From: an uncultured Acidobacteriota bacterium
Lineage (GTDB): Bacteria; Acidobacteriota; Vicinamibacteria; Vicinamibacterales; JAHECP01
Assembly: GCA_963812185.1 (NCBI GenBank)
Contig: CAWEUE010000004.1
Coordinates: forward strand, 152,457 to 216,456
DNA: 64,000 bases
Direction of reading: 5' to 3'
Shown: piece by piece, positions 1 through 11,185 of the stretch
Layout: each line of letters begins with the position of its first letter
How positions within the stretch are numbered: the first letter of the stretch is position 1
The notes under the pieces: generated by a model
What the model was told of the DNA's origin: nothing
Database searches by the model: none
Seen by the model: only the letters and a program-made list of their open reading frames with translations
Made by a program: the position numbers and the translations under genes

Positions 1-1641
1 CGCGTGGGGCCGCTCACCGGTGCGACGCCGGCGCTCGGCGTGCTGTCGGACCGGCCCGAGGGCACCCGGCTGTCGAGCCTGCTCGCGCGGGCCGCGGCCG
101 GCGAGCTCGACACCACGCCGCGCGTCGCCGTGGCGGTGCTGCGGCAGCTGGTGCCGGCGGCCGCCGCGCTCTGCCGGCACGCGCCCGGCCTGGCGCACGG
201 CGCGCTCGCGCCCGAGCGCCTCGTCGTCGAGCCGGACGGCCGGCTGCGCGTGGTCGACGCGGTGTTCGGCTCCGCTCTGGAACGGCTCAACCTGTCACGC
301 CGGGAGCTGTGGCGGGAGTTCCGGATCACGATCCCGCCGGCGGCGGGTCCCGTGCGCTTCGACGAGCGCGTGGACGTGGCCGCCCTCGGGGTCATCGCGC
401 TGGCGCTCCTGCTCACGCGGCCGGTCGGCGAGGACGAGTATCCGGGTCGCGTGGCCGCGCTGGCCCGCGAGGTGGAAGACCTGTGGGTGCTGCGCGGCCG
501 CTCGGCGCCGCCCGCCGTGGCGGAGTGGATGGCCACCGCCCTGCAGGTCGACCCGCGGCGCTCGTTCGCGACGATGGCCGATGCGCTCGCGGCGCTGACG
601 CGAACGCCGGCCTGGCAGATCGACGAGGCCTCGGCCCGCTGCGTCCTCGCGGCGTGGGCAGCCGGGGAAACCGTCGCTCGTCAGGCCAGGCGCTCGCAGC
701 GCATCCGGCTCGCCGCGGCCGACGGCGTGACCGCGCCGCTGCCGCCCGTCGCGGCGGCCGCGCCCGGTCCCGCGCCGGGGCCGCCGCCCGCGGCGCTCGC
801 GCCCGCCGCGGCGCCGCGTCCGGTCGCTGCGCGCCGTCCGGCGCTGTGCGTGGTCGCGCCCGCGGCGCCGCCCGTCCGCCCGCGCTGGCGCTGGGTGCTG
901 TGGTCGGTTGCCGGCCTCGTGGCGATCGGCACGATGGCCTTCGTTCTCCGCGGCCGGCCCGCGCCGGCGTCGGTCGACGCCCGGACCGGCACTCTGGTCA
1001 TCGACTCGGTGCCGCCGGGCGCCCAGCTGCTCGTGGACGGCGATCGCCACGGCGTGACGCCCGCCCGCCTCGTGCTCGAGGCCGGGCTGCACACGGTGGA
1101 GCTCAGGAGCCGCGCCGGCCGGAAGACGATGCCCGTCAAGATCACCGCCGGCAAGCAGCAGGCCCGGCACGTGATGTTCCGCGCGGTGCCGCGGCCGGCG
1201 CCGGTGGCCGCCGCGTCCGCGACCGACCCGGGCTGGCTGATCGTCGACGCGCCCTTCGACCTCGACGTGAGCGAGGGCGGCGCCTCGCTGGGCATCCTGA
1301 AGAGCGGTCGCCTGCCGCTCCCGCCCGGCCGGCACGAGCTTCAGCTCGTCAACGACGCGCTCGGGTTCCGCCAGACCTGCCAGGTGCAGATCGTGGCGGG
1401 CCACCCGACGATCCTCCCGGTGGACGTGCCGCTCGGCCGGGTGCACGTGAACGCCTCGCCGTGGGCGCAGGTCTGGATCGACGGGACGGAGGTGGGCGAC
1501 ACGCCGCTCGGCGACCTGTCGGTGCCGATCGGCCCGCACGAGTTCCGGTTCCTGAACCCGCAGTTCGGCGAGAAGCGGTATGCTGGGACGGTGACGCTGG
1601 CCGAACCCCTGTACCTCACCGTGGACATGAGGGCCGAATGA
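1..1641 (+). CDS. Membrane-anchored pseudokinase (Ser/Thr-kinase-like fold, catalytic motifs lost) with three C-terminal PEGA-like domains; 5' end outside window
   Basis: ORF 4..1641 is open at the window edge. Kinase subdomains are recognisable (LAHGALAPERLVV ... VVDAVFGSAL ... DVAALGVIALALLL), but HRD, the catalytic-loop K/N and DFG are all substituted. A Pro/Ala linker and one TM helix (WVLWSVAGLVAIGTMAFVL) follow, then PEGA-like repeats (LVIDSVPPGAQLLVDG, LIVDAPFDLDV, VHVNASPWAQVWIDG). Confidence 0.7.
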   Translation, partial: RVGPLTGATPALGVLSDRPEGTRLSSLLARAAAGELDTTPRVAVAVLRQLVPAAAALCRHAPGLAHGALAPERLVVEPDGRLRVVDAVFGSALERLNLSRRELWREFRITIPPAAGPVRFDERVDVAALGVIALALLLTRPVGEDEYPGRVAALAREVEDLWVLRGRSAPPAVAEWMATALQVDPRRSFATMADALAALTRTPAWQIDEASARCVLAAWAAGETVARQARRSQRIRLAAADGVTAPLPPVAAAAPGPAPGPPPAALAPAAAPRPVAARRPALCVVAPAAPPVRPRWRWVLWSVAGLVAIGTMAFVLRGRPAPASVDARTGTLVIDSVPPGAQLLVDGDRHGVTPARLVLEAGLHTVELRSRAGRKTMPVKITAGKQQARHVMFRAVPRPAPVAAASATDPGWLIVDAPFDLDVSEGGASLGILKSGRLPLPPGRHELQLVNDALGFRQTCQVQIVAGHPTILPVDVPLGRVHVNASPWAQVWIDGTEVGDTPLGDLSVPIGPHEFRFLNPQFGEKRYAGTVTLAEPLYLTVDMRAE

Positions 1642-2568
1642 GCCGGACTGCCGTCTGGGGCCCGGGCCGGCCGGCCGCGGTCGTCGCGGCGCTCGCGCTC
1701 GCCGCCGCGCTCGCCGTGCCGGCGCGGGCGCAGCAGGCGCCGCCGGCCGACCCGCTGGCGGCCGCGCGGACGCTCTACGCGTCGGCGCGCTACGAGGCGG
1801 CGCTCGAGCTGCTCGACCGCCTGCGCCAGGATCCGACGGCGGAGCGCGTCGACGCGGTCGACGTGGACAAGTACCGGGCGCTCTGCCTGATGGCGCTCGG
1901 CCGCGAGAGCGACGCCGAGGCGGCGTTCGCGGGCGTGGTGACGGTCGATCCGATGTACCTGCCGGACACGCGCGAGGTGGCGCCCAGCGTGCGGGCGTTC
2001 TTCCGCGACGTGCGGCGCCGCATGCTGCCCGGGATCGCGCGGACGCGGTACACCGAGGCCAAGGCGGACTACGACCGCGGCGACTATCGCAAGGCCGCCG
2101 ACGCGTTCCGCGGCGTGGTCGCGATCCTCGACGACCCCGACATGGAGCCGGGGCACGACGATCTGCGGCAGCTGGCCGACGGGTTCCGCGAGCTGGCCGA
2201 GGTCAAGGCGCCGCCCGCGCCCGCCGCGCCGCCCGCGCCGGCCGCGCCGGCCGCGCCCGCGCCGCCGCCGGCTCCCGCCGAGGTCGTCTACGACCAGCAG
2301 TCCCCGGGAGTCGTGCCGCCGGTCGTGCTCGTCCAGCGCGTGCCGTCCCCGCCCGCCGAGGCGCGGCTCACGGGCCATGCGACGGGCGCCTACGAGGTGA
2401 CCATCGACGAGCGCGGCCGCGTCGAGTCGGTCGTCGTCCGCAGCTCGAATCCAGCCCGCCTACGACCGCGAGTTCATCGACGCGACCGCCGCGTGGCGGT
2501 ACCAGCCCGCCCGGCGTGACGGCCAGCCCGTCAAGTTCAAGAGAGTGATCGAGGTCAGCGTCCGGTAG
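1638..2568 (+). CDS. TonB C-terminal-domain protein (signal peptide, TPR-like helices, Pro/Ala linker); reading frame interrupted near 2450 in this assembly
   Basis: ATG 1638 overlaps the upstream stop (ATGA). Signal peptide AALALAAALAVPARAQQ, PAPAAPPAPAAPAAPAPPPAP linker, then a TonB_C-like region (YEVTIDERGRVESVVV). The frame-0 ORF stops at 2519. The expected domain end (IQPAYDREFIDATAAWRYQPARRDGQPVKFKRVIEVSVR*) is read in the +1 frame up to TAG 2566-2568. Confidence 0.65.
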
Positions 2569-4265
2569 GGGGGATCGAGTAGCCCCGGGCCTCGCCGTGC
2601 CCGCGCGGGTCAGCCGCGCCGCGGAAGTGCGCCGGGCGCCCGCCCGGCCCGTAGGCGATCGTCAGGCCGTGGGCGTTGCCGAGCGCCCGGACAATCCGCA
2701 CGTGGTGCCCGAGCGCGGCGAGCGCCGCGCGCACGTCCTCCGGGATGCCCTCCTCGACGGCGAGGACGTCGGGCTCGACGAAGCTCACGCGCGGCGCCGC
2801 AATCGCCGCCGCGATGTCCATCCGGAAGTCGATCAGGTTCATCACCATCTGCGGCACGGTCTGCCCAATCGTGTGCCCGCCCGGCGTGCCGAGCGCCGCC
2901 CACGGACGCCCGTCCTTGATGATGATCGTGGGGCAGTCGCCGGACAGCTTCCGCCGGCCCGGGAGCGCGTCCATCGGGTTGCCCGGGGGCTCGAAGGTCG
3001 AGGTACTGCAGCGAGTTGTTCAGCCAGATGCCGGTGCCCTCGGGCATGATGCGGCTGCCAAACGGGTTGCCGAGCGTCTGGGTGGCCGACACGACGTTGC
3101 CCCAGCGGTCCGCGACGACGAAGTGCGTGGTGTGGTTGCCGCCGGAGAACGCGGGCGGCACGAACGGCATGGCGCGATCCGGGTCGATGCGGTCCGCCTG
3201 CTCCTGCCAGTACGTCGGCGACAGCAGCTGGTCGAGCGGCGGCGGCGCGACGCCCGGGTCCCCCGCGTAGCGCAGGCGCACCCAGAAGCCCAGCTTGGTG
3301 GCCTCGGCGAACCGGTGCAGGTAGGCCGCGCTGTTGTGGCCGAGCGCCGCCGGATCGAACCGGCTCATCACGCCCAGGCGCAAGAGGTAGTCGAACGCGT
3401 TGGCTGGCGGCGACGCGGTGTAGACCTCGTAGCCGCGGTAGGTGATGTGGATCGGCGCCCACCACTCCGCGCGGTCGGCGAGCAGGTCGCGCCGGCGCAG
3501 GAACCCGCCGCGCTCGCGCATGGCGCGGTCGATGGCCTGGCCGAGCTCGCCGCCGTAGAGGACGCCGGCGCCGCGCGCGGCGATCTTCCGGTAGGACGCG
3601 GCGAGGTCGCGCTGCACGAGCGTCTCGCCCGCGGCGAGCGGCCGCCCGTCGCGGCCGAAGATCGCCTGCGCGTGCGGCGGGAACGACGGGAAGGCGCGCG
3701 CGACGAGCGACGCCGTCTCCTCGTCGAGCGCGAAGCCCTCGCGGGCGAGCCGGATGGCGGGCTCGAACAGCCGCGCCCAGGGCAGCGCGCCGTACTCCTC
3801 CGACATCGCCTCCCACGCGTGCAGGTTGCCCGGCGTGGACACGGCCTTCGCCCCGCGGCGGTTCTCCAGGTAGTCGGGCGTCGGCGGACGGAAGGCGCGC
3901 GGCTCGACGCCGAACGGGATGCGCCCGCTCGGGTTGAGGAAGCGCACGCGGCCGCGCGCGGCGTCGTAGACGAGGATCGTCCCGTAGCCGCCGAGCCCCG
4001 ACATCGGCGGCTCGACGACGTTGAGCGCGGCGGCGACCGCGACGGCGGCGTCGAAGGCGTTGCCGCCGGCGCGCAGGATCTCGAGGCCCGCGGCGGTCGC
4101 CAGCGGGTGCGCGCTGGACACCAGGCCCGAGACGCCCGTGCCCGGGCCCGGCGCGGGCGGCGGCGGGGCGGGCGCCTCGGCCGGACGGGTGCACGCGGCG
4201 AGCACGATCGCGGCGGCCATCACGCGCGCGGCCGCTCCGCGGCGACCGGGGGGGAACGTCGCCAT
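2555..4265 (-). CDS. ggt: Gamma-glutamyltransferase; one frame break near 3000 in this assembly
   Basis: The N-terminal ~420 aa lie in ORF 2610..4265 (GGNAFDAAVAVAAAL, catalytic TTHFVVADRWGNVVSATQTLGNPFGS). The C-terminal 139 aa lie in ORF 2555..2974 (PGRRKLSGDCPTIIIKDGRPWAALGTPGG). The pieces join as ...NNSLQY / STFEPPGNPMDALPG after a 1-nt correction. Confidence 0.85.
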
Positions 4266-4404
4266 GCGGCCACTCTACACCCGCGCCGCGGGGCGCGGGA
4301 ACTGACTCGCGCGGATTGGCGTCCAAAGCGCGTGCGGCGTACATCGCGCCGTGCGTGATTTCTCACCATCCGGACGGGGCCGCGCCCCCGGGGAGACGAG
4401 CGAC

Positions 4405-4935
4405 ATGAGACGAGCCATCACGACGGCGGCGGTGATCTTCGCGATCGGCGGCGGGACCGCGCTCGCGCAGATGGGCGGCAACCCGGCGACCGACGGCTCG
4501 AAGTGGGCCTACGGCATGGTGAAGGGCTATCTGGTCAAGACGGCCGAGCAGGTGCCCGAAGCCGACTACGCGTTCCGGCCCACGCCCGAGGTGCGGACGC
4601 TCGGGCAGATCCTGGGCCACGTGGCCGATTCCAACTTCATGATGTGCGCCGCGGCGTCCGGCATGAAGCCGCCGATGAGCGACGTCGAGAAGACGAAGAC
4701 GAGCAAGGCGGATCTGACCGCCGCGGTGAAGCAGTCGTTCGACTTCTGCGACCAGGCGTTCGCGTCGATGACCGACGCGAAGGGGGCGGAGCTCGTGAAG
4801 TTCTTCGGCGGCCAGCGCTCGCGCCTCACGGTGCTCGACTTCAACACGAGCCACGACTTCGAGCACTACGGCAACCTGGTGACCTACATGCGCCTGAAGG
4901 GCATGGTGCCGCCCTCGAGCCAGCGCGGGCAGTGA
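4405..4935 (+). CDS. DinB-family (four-helix-bundle, metal-binding) protein with signal peptide
   Basis: ATG 4405 is preceded by GGGAGA. Signal-like MRRAITTAAVIFAIGGGTALA. DinB-type His motifs are present (LGHVADSNFMMC, SHDFEHYGNLVTYMRLKG). Confidence 0.7.
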   Translation: MRRAITTAAVIFAIGGGTALAQMGGNPATDGSKWAYGMVKGYLVKTAEQVPEADYAFRPTPEVRTLGQILGHVADSNFMMCAAASGMKPPMSDVEKTKTSKADLTAAVKQSFDFCDQAFASMTDAKGAELVKFFGGQRSRLTVLDFNTSHDFEHYGNLVTYMRLKGMVPPSSQRGQ

Positions 4936-4991
4936 ACGCGGCCGCAGGCGCGGCTTTGTGCATCGCGGGGCGTTTGTTACACTCACCCGTG

Positions 4992-6260
4992 ATGCCGCGG
5001 ACAGCACTAGCGGGCGCGCTGGCGCTCCTTTCGGCGGGGCTCCTCTCGGCGTGCGCGGCGCCGGCGGAGCCCTCCCGCTCCGCGCCGGCGCGCGCCGACA
5101 TCGTTCTGCCGCTCGACACGCGCACGGTGAGCGCCACGGTGCCGCGTGACGCCACGCTCGAGACGCTGCTGCGCGCCGACGGGCTGACGCCGGACCGTGC
5201 CCTGGCCCTCATCGACGCCACGCGGTCCGTCTTCAACCCGCGCAAGCTCCGTGCGCGCCAGCCCTACCGCCTGGTGCTGGGCCTCGACGGCGCGCTCCGC
5301 CGCTTCGAGTACCAGATCGACAACGACCAGTACCTGCAGGTGGTGAGCCGGGACGGACCCTCGGGGCCCGCGCTCGACGCGCGCATCCTCTCCTACGACC
5401 GGAAGACCGCGCTCGTGGCCGTGCACGCGGAGATCGACGAGGACCATCCGTCGATCATCGCGGCGCTCGAGGAGGTGGGCGAGGGCGTGCCGCTCGCCGT
5501 CGAGGTGGCCCAGGTGCTCAGCGGCGAGGTGGACTTCAACACCGACCTGCGCGTGGGCGACCGGATCGACGTGCTGTTCGAGCAGAAGCTCACCGAGGGC
5601 CGGCCGACCGGCTACGGCCAGGTCGTGGCCACGGCGCTCGAGAACGGCGGCCGTGTCGTGCGCGCGTTCCGGTTCGTGGACCCGACGGGGCAGGCCGGCT
5701 ACTACGACGAGAACGGCCGGTCGCTGCGCCGGATGTTCCTGAGCTCGCCGCTGCCCTTCACGCCGCGCATCACCTCGGGCTTCTCGCGGCACCGCTACCA
5801 CCCGATCTACAGGATCTACCGCCCGCACCTCGGCGTGGACTACGCGGCGCCCATCGGCACGTCCGTGATCGCGATCGCGAACGGCGTGGTGGTGTCGGCG
5901 GGGTGGTCGGGCCAGTCGGGCCGGATGATCCATCTCCGCCACGCGGACGGCTACGAGACCTACTACCTGCACCTGTCGGCGATCGCGAAGGGGATCCGCC
6001 GCGGCGCGCGCGTGGAGCAGGGGCAGCTCATCGGCCGCGTCGGGATGACGGGCGCGGCCACCGGCCCCCACCTCGACTTCCGGGTGCGCCAGCGCGGGGG
6101 CTTCATCAACCCGCTGACGCTCCGGCGCAACCTGCCGCCCGGCAAGCCCATCGCGCCGGCCTACCTCGCCGCGTACCAGCTCGTGAAGACGCGCGCCGAG
6201 TGGCAGCTGACGATGCCCGCGGCGGCGCCCGCGGCGGTCGCGAAGGTGAACGACCACTAG
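4992..6260 (+). CDS. M23-family (LytM-type) peptidoglycan metalloendopeptidase, lipoprotein
   Basis: Lipobox LLSAGLLSAC. M23 core HLGVDYAAPIGTSVIAIANGVVV ... ETYYLHLSAI ... GRVGMTGAATGPHLDFRV. Confidence 0.85.
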   Translation: MPRTALAGALALLSAGLLSACAAPAEPSRSAPARADIVLPLDTRTVSATVPRDATLETLLRADGLTPDRALALIDATRSVFNPRKLRARQPYRLVLGLDGALRRFEYQIDNDQYLQVVSRDGPSGPALDARILSYDRKTALVAVHAEIDEDHPSIIAALEEVGEGVPLAVEVAQVLSGEVDFNTDLRVGDRIDVLFEQKLTEGRPTGYGQVVATALENGGRVVRAFRFVDPTGQAGYYDENGRSLRRMFLSSPLPFTPRITSGFSRHRYHPIYRIYRPHLGVDYAAPIGTSVIAIANGVVVSAGWSGQSGRMIHLRHADGYETYYLHLSAIAKGIRRGARVEQGQLIGRVGMTGAATGPHLDFRVRQRGGFINPLTLRRNLPPGKPIAPAYLAAYQLVKTRAEWQLTMPAAAPAAVAKVNDH

Positions 6261-6354
6261 GCGTTTCGCGGGGCCCGCCGCGGAGCGTCCTCCGCGCCCT
6301 CCTGGTGAAGCTCAACCCTCCCCCGGGGGCCCCGATCTGGCCTAGAATACCCGG

Positions 6355-7578
6355 ATGGCGTCGATACGTCCCTTCCGCGCACTGCGCCCGGCGCCCGAAA
6401 TGGCGGCCCGGGTGTCGTCGGTCCCCTACGACGTCGTCAGCACCGATGAGGCCCGGGCGCTGGCGACCGGCAACCCCCTCAGCTTCCTGCACGTGACCCG
6501 CGCGGAGATCGATCTGCCGCCGGACACCGACCCGTACGCCCCCGCGGTGTACGAGCAGGCGGTGAAGAACCTGGAAGAGCTGAAGCGGGCCGCACCGCTC
6601 GTGCTCGAGCCCGAGCCGTGCGTGTACTTCTATCGTCTCCGCGTGGGCGCGTACGAGCAGACCGGGCTCGCCGCGTGCTACTCGGTGGACGAGTACGACC
6701 GCGATCTCATCAAGAAGCACGAGCGGACGCGGCGCGAGAAGGAGGACGACCGCACGCGCCACATCGTCACCACCCGGGCGCAGACCGGCGTGGTGTTCCT
6801 GACCTACCGCGCCTCGGCGGACGTCGACGCGATTGCGGCGCGCGTGTGCGAGCGGCCGCCGCTCTACGATTTCACGGCCGAGGACGGCGTGACGCACACC
6901 GTGTGGCGCGCCGAGCGGGAGGACACCCACGCCCTGGCCGCGGCGTTCAGCCGCGTGCCGGCGCTCTACATCGCCGACGGGCACCACCGCGCCGCGAGCG
7001 CGGCGCGCACGCGGACGGCGATGAAGGAGCAGGGCCTGGACCCCACCGAGGCGGACAGCTTCCTCGCGGTGGCGTTCCCCGACAACCAGGTGCAGATCCT
7101 GCCCTACAACCGCATCGTCAAGGACCTGGCCGGCCGCACGCCCGAGGCGTTCCTCGAGGCGGTGCGGGCGAAGCTGCCGGTGAAGCCGGGGCCGCCCGTG
7201 CCGGTGCGGCGGGGCGAGGTGTCGATGTTCCTGGCGGGGCAGTGGTACACGATCGATCTCCGGCCGGCGCGTCCGGCCGGCGGCCAGGACCGGATCGGCG
7301 GGCTCGACGTGTCGATCCTGCAGACGATCGTCCTGGACGGGCTGCTGGGCATCGCCGACCCCCGCACCGACGAGCGGATCGACTTCGTCGGCGGCGCGCG
7401 CGGGACCGGGGCGCTCGAGCAGCACGTGACGGCCGGCCGCGCGGCGGCGGCGTTCTCGATGTATCCGGTCATGGTGGACGATCTGATGGCGATCGCGGAC
7501 GCCGGCGGGATCATGCCGCCCAAGTCCACCTGGTTCGAGCCGAAGCTCCGCGACGGCCTGCTCGTACATCTCATCTAG
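6355..7578 (+). CDS. DUF1015-family protein
   Basis: Typical DUF1015 N-terminus MASIRPFRALRP...VSSVPYDVV, with KKHERTRREKEDDRTRH and YIADGHHRAASA motifs. TAGAAT lies 6 nt upstream of the ATG and there is no SD. Confidence 0.75.
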   Translation: MASIRPFRALRPAPEMAARVSSVPYDVVSTDEARALATGNPLSFLHVTRAEIDLPPDTDPYAPAVYEQAVKNLEELKRAAPLVLEPEPCVYFYRLRVGAYEQTGLAACYSVDEYDRDLIKKHERTRREKEDDRTRHIVTTRAQTGVVFLTYRASADVDAIAARVCERPPLYDFTAEDGVTHTVWRAEREDTHALAAAFSRVPALYIADGHHRAASAARTRTAMKEQGLDPTEADSFLAVAFPDNQVQILPYNRIVKDLAGRTPEAFLEAVRAKLPVKPGPPVPVRRGEVSMFLAGQWYTIDLRPARPAGGQDRIGGLDVSILQTIVLDGLLGIADPRTDERIDFVGGARGTGALEQHVTAGRAAAAFSMYPVMVDDLMAIADAGGIMPPKSTWFEPKLRDGLLVHLI

Positions 7579-7633
7579 CGGCGGCGTTCATTCCTCCCTG
7601 CTCGCGGGCGACCACCCGCAGGAGGCACGTGTC

Positions 7634-8941
7634 ATGAAGGTACTCATCGCCGACAAGTTCGAGAAGAGCGGACTCGACGGCCTCGCGAAGATCGGCTGCG
7701 AGGTGGACTTCCAGCCCGAGCTGAAGGACGCGGCGCTCGTCGACGCCGTGAAGAAGACCAGTGCCGACGTCCTGGTGGTGCGATCCACCAAGGTGACCGA
7801 GCCGGTGCTCGACGCGGGCCGGCTGACGCTCGTCGTGCGGGCCGGGGCCGGCTACGACACGATCGACGTGAAGGGCGCCTCCGCGCGGGGCGTCTACGTG
7901 GCCAACTGTCCCGGCAAGAACTCGGTGGCCGTCGCCGAGCTGGCCTTCGGTCTCATCCTGGCGCTCGACCGGCGGATTCCCGACAACGTCGCGGACCTCA
8001 GGGCCGGCAAGTGGAACAAGAAGGAGTACTCCAAGTCCGGCGGCCTGCATGGGAAGACGCTCGGCGTGCTCGGCTTCGGCAATATCGGCCAGGAGATGGC
8101 GCGGCGCGCCCAGGCGTTCGGGATGCACCTGGCGATCTGGAGCGAGCTCGGCGTCGAGGTGGATTGGTCGGGCCTGCCGATCGACATGCCCCTGCTGGTC
8201 CGGCTGCGGCCCTCCTCCGGCTACCCGGTGGAGCCGTTCGCCGAGGTGTACGAGTCGCCCGAGGAGGTCGCCGAGAACTGCGACATCCTGAGCGTGCACC
8301 TGGCGGCCAACGACCGGACGCGCGGCCTGATCGGCGCGAACGTGTTCAACCGGATGAAGAAGGGCGCGTTCTTCATCAACGCGGCGCGCGGCGAGATCGT
8401 GGACTACGCGGCGCTCGCCGCGGCGGTGAAGGAGAAGGGCCTGCGCGTGGCGCTCGACGTGTACGCCAAGGAGCCGCCGTCGGGCGTCGGCGAGTTCGCC
8501 GACCCCATCGTCCAGCTACCGAACGTGTACGGCACGCACCACATCGGCGCCTCCACCGATCAGGCGCAGGAGGCCATCGCGGAGGAGGTGGTCCGCGTCG
8601 TGAAGACCTACCTCGAGACCGGCCGCGTGCTGAACGTCGTGAACCTGTCGCGCCAGACGCCTTCCACCCACGTGCTGGTCGTGCGGCACAAGGACGAGCC
8701 GGGTGTGCTCGCCCACGTCTTCGACACCCTGCGCGACGGCCGCGTCAACGTGCAGGAGACCGAGAATATCGTGTTCACCGGCGCGAAGGCGGCCATCGCC
8801 CGGATCAACATCGACGGCGAGGTGACCGAGGACCTGGTGCGGCGGATGACCGCGAACGCCTCGATTCTCGACGTCCACGTCGTCCCGCTGAACGCGCCGG
8901 CCGCGTCCTACCAGCTGGCCCGCTCGCTGAGCAACTGGTAG
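7634..8941 (+). CDS. serA: D-3-phosphoglycerate dehydrogenase with C-terminal ACT domain
   Basis: AGGAGG 8 nt upstream of the ATG. 2-hydroxyacid dehydrogenase motifs (GKTLGVLGFGNIGQEMARRA, FINAARGEIVD, HIGAST). ACT-like tail (HVLVVRHKDEPGVLAHVFDTL). Followed directly by serC. Confidence 0.85.
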   Translation: MKVLIADKFEKSGLDGLAKIGCEVDFQPELKDAALVDAVKKTSADVLVVRSTKVTEPVLDAGRLTLVVRAGAGYDTIDVKGASARGVYVANCPGKNSVAVAELAFGLILALDRRIPDNVADLRAGKWNKKEYSKSGGLHGKTLGVLGFGNIGQEMARRAQAFGMHLAIWSELGVEVDWSGLPIDMPLLVRLRPSSGYPVEPFAEVYESPEEVAENCDILSVHLAANDRTRGLIGANVFNRMKKGAFFINAARGEIVDYAALAAAVKEKGLRVALDVYAKEPPSGVGEFADPIVQLPNVYGTHHIGASTDQAQEAIAEEVVRVVKTYLETGRVLNVVNLSRQTPSTHVLVVRHKDEPGVLAHVFDTLRDGRVNVQETENIVFTGAKAAIARINIDGEVTEDLVRRMTANASILDVHVVPLNAPAASYQLARSLSNW

Positions 8942-8953
8942 GGAGGAGGGATC

Positions 8954-10045
<1,092 letters not shown>

Positions 10046-10090
10046 GGGCGACCCACCGGGGCGCCCCTACGGACGGGCCCCCACGGAATC

Positions 10091-10125
10091 GGCCCGGCGG
10101 CGCTCCACGCCGCCGGGCCGTTTTT
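10091..10125 (+). terminator. Rho-independent terminator after serC
   Basis: GGCCCGGCGGCG-CTCCA-CGCCGCCGGGCC stem-loop followed by G TTTTT. Confidence 0.75.
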
Positions 10126-10173
10126 CCTCCGGTTTTTGCCGCCCGCCTCCGCTCCGTCCCGCCCGGCCGGCTG

Positions 10174-10182
10174 TGCTAAAAT
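10174..10182 (+). promoter_or_regulatory. Extended -10 promoter element (TGcTAAAAT) upstream of the desaturase gene
   Basis: TGC TAAAAT sits in an otherwise GC-rich spacer. No good -35 is seen. Confidence 0.4.
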
Positions 10183-10269
10183 ATTGCGTTCCCGTTGCGA
10201 AGAGGATCAGGCTGGCTGCGCTGGGCGCCCGTGGTGACGCCCGCGCCCCCTCAGCCCTGGAGGTCTTGC

Positions 10270-11049
10270 GTGCTGCTCTCGTTTCTGATCGCCCTCATCG
10301 TGTCGTCAATCGTCACGCAGATCGCGGTGTACAGCACAACGATCTACCTGCACCGAGCCGCCACCCACCGCGCGGTCGTGCTGCACCCGCTGGCCGCGTG
10401 GGTGTTCCGGTTCTTCATCTGGGTCACGACGGGCATCGTGCCGCGGGAGTGGGTCGCCGTGCACCGGAAGCACCACGCCTTCACCGACGAGGAGGGCGAC
10501 CCGCACAGTCCGCTGCTCAAGGGCTTCTGGAAGGTCCAGCTCGGCAACTTCTTCTATTACGTGAAGGAGCTGAAGGATCCCGCCGTCGTCGGCACGTACG
10601 CGCGCGACCTGAAGCCGGATCTGTGGGACCGCGTGTTCTTCGACCACGGCTCGATCGGGCTGCTGGCGGGCGTCGTGGCGCTGTGCCTGACGCTCGGCAT
10701 CGGCTGGGGCCTGTTCGCCGCCGTCCTGCACGCCGTGATGTACGTGTTCGTGCTCTCGTCGTCCATCAACGGCCTCTGCCACTACAAGGGCTACCGGAAT
10801 TTCCAGAACACCGCGACCAACATCCGCTTCATCGCCTGGCTGACCGGCGGCGAGGGGCTGCACAACAACCACCACGGTTACCCCCGCAGCCCGAAGTTCA
10901 GCTTCCGCCAGGGCCGCCGTTTCGAGTTCGACCCCGGCTGGCTGATCATCAAGGCCCTCACCTGGGTGCGGCTGGCGCGTCCGCTCAAGACGATCGAGGA
11001 GAACCTCAAGCTGCACGGGCCCGCGCAGCCGCAGGAACTCGGGGCCTGA
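10270..11049 (+). CDS. Membrane acyl-CoA/acyl-lipid delta-9-type fatty acid desaturase
   Basis: Three His boxes (HRAATHRA, HRKHHAFTDEEGDPHSP, HNNHHGYPRS) and TM helices. GTG 10270 has GGAGG 7 nt upstream. The ORF is open from 10195. Confidence 0.85.
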   Translation: MLLSFLIALIVSSIVTQIAVYSTTIYLHRAATHRAVVLHPLAAWVFRFFIWVTTGIVPREWVAVHRKHHAFTDEEGDPHSPLLKGFWKVQLGNFFYYVKELKDPAVVGTYARDLKPDLWDRVFFDHGSIGLLAGVVALCLTLGIGWGLFAAVLHAVMYVFVLSSSINGLCHYKGYRNFQNTATNIRFIAWLTGGEGLHNNHHGYPRSPKFSFRQGRRFEFDPGWLIIKALTWVRLARPLKTIEENLKLHGPAQPQELGA

Positions 11050-11080
11050 TGCTCAGTGCCTGGTGCCTCGTGCCTGGGGC
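11046..11080. repeat. Heptanucleotide tandem array (CTNGTGC x5, core GTGCCTG GTGCCTC GTGCCTG)
   Basis: Read directly: ctgatgc tcagtgc ctggtgc ctcgtgc ctggggc. It begins at the desaturase stop codon (TGA 11047-11049). Confidence 0.7.
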
Positions 11081-11185
11081 GCCAAGTGCTTTCCGTCCGG
11101 CCAGCCGTGCCCTTCTTGCGTCATACTAGGGGATGGCGCCCGCCACGCGGGCGCCGTCACGACATCAATCCAGGAGAGACGACGC

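Noticed and set aside
4351-4404. N-terminal extensions offered by the ORF track. Examples: 4351 for DinB, 4503 for M23, 10195 for the desaturase, 11063 for Skp, 16127 for the lipoprotein, 18694 for GNAT, 45807 for the secreted protein, and 49274 for the kinase.
   Set aside because: The extensions lack signal-peptide logic or an SD, are Arg/Pro-rich or use atypical codons, and overlap neighbouring genes. Internal starts with an SD and/or a signal peptide were preferred.
7634-8941. An apparent ~15-20-aa insertion in SerA (SELGVEVDWSGLPIDMPLLVRLRPSSGYPVEPFAEVYE) as a novelty.
   Set aside because: Length variation at this position of 2-hydroxyacid dehydrogenases is common in some subfamilies. 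Without an alignment I cannot show it is unusual.
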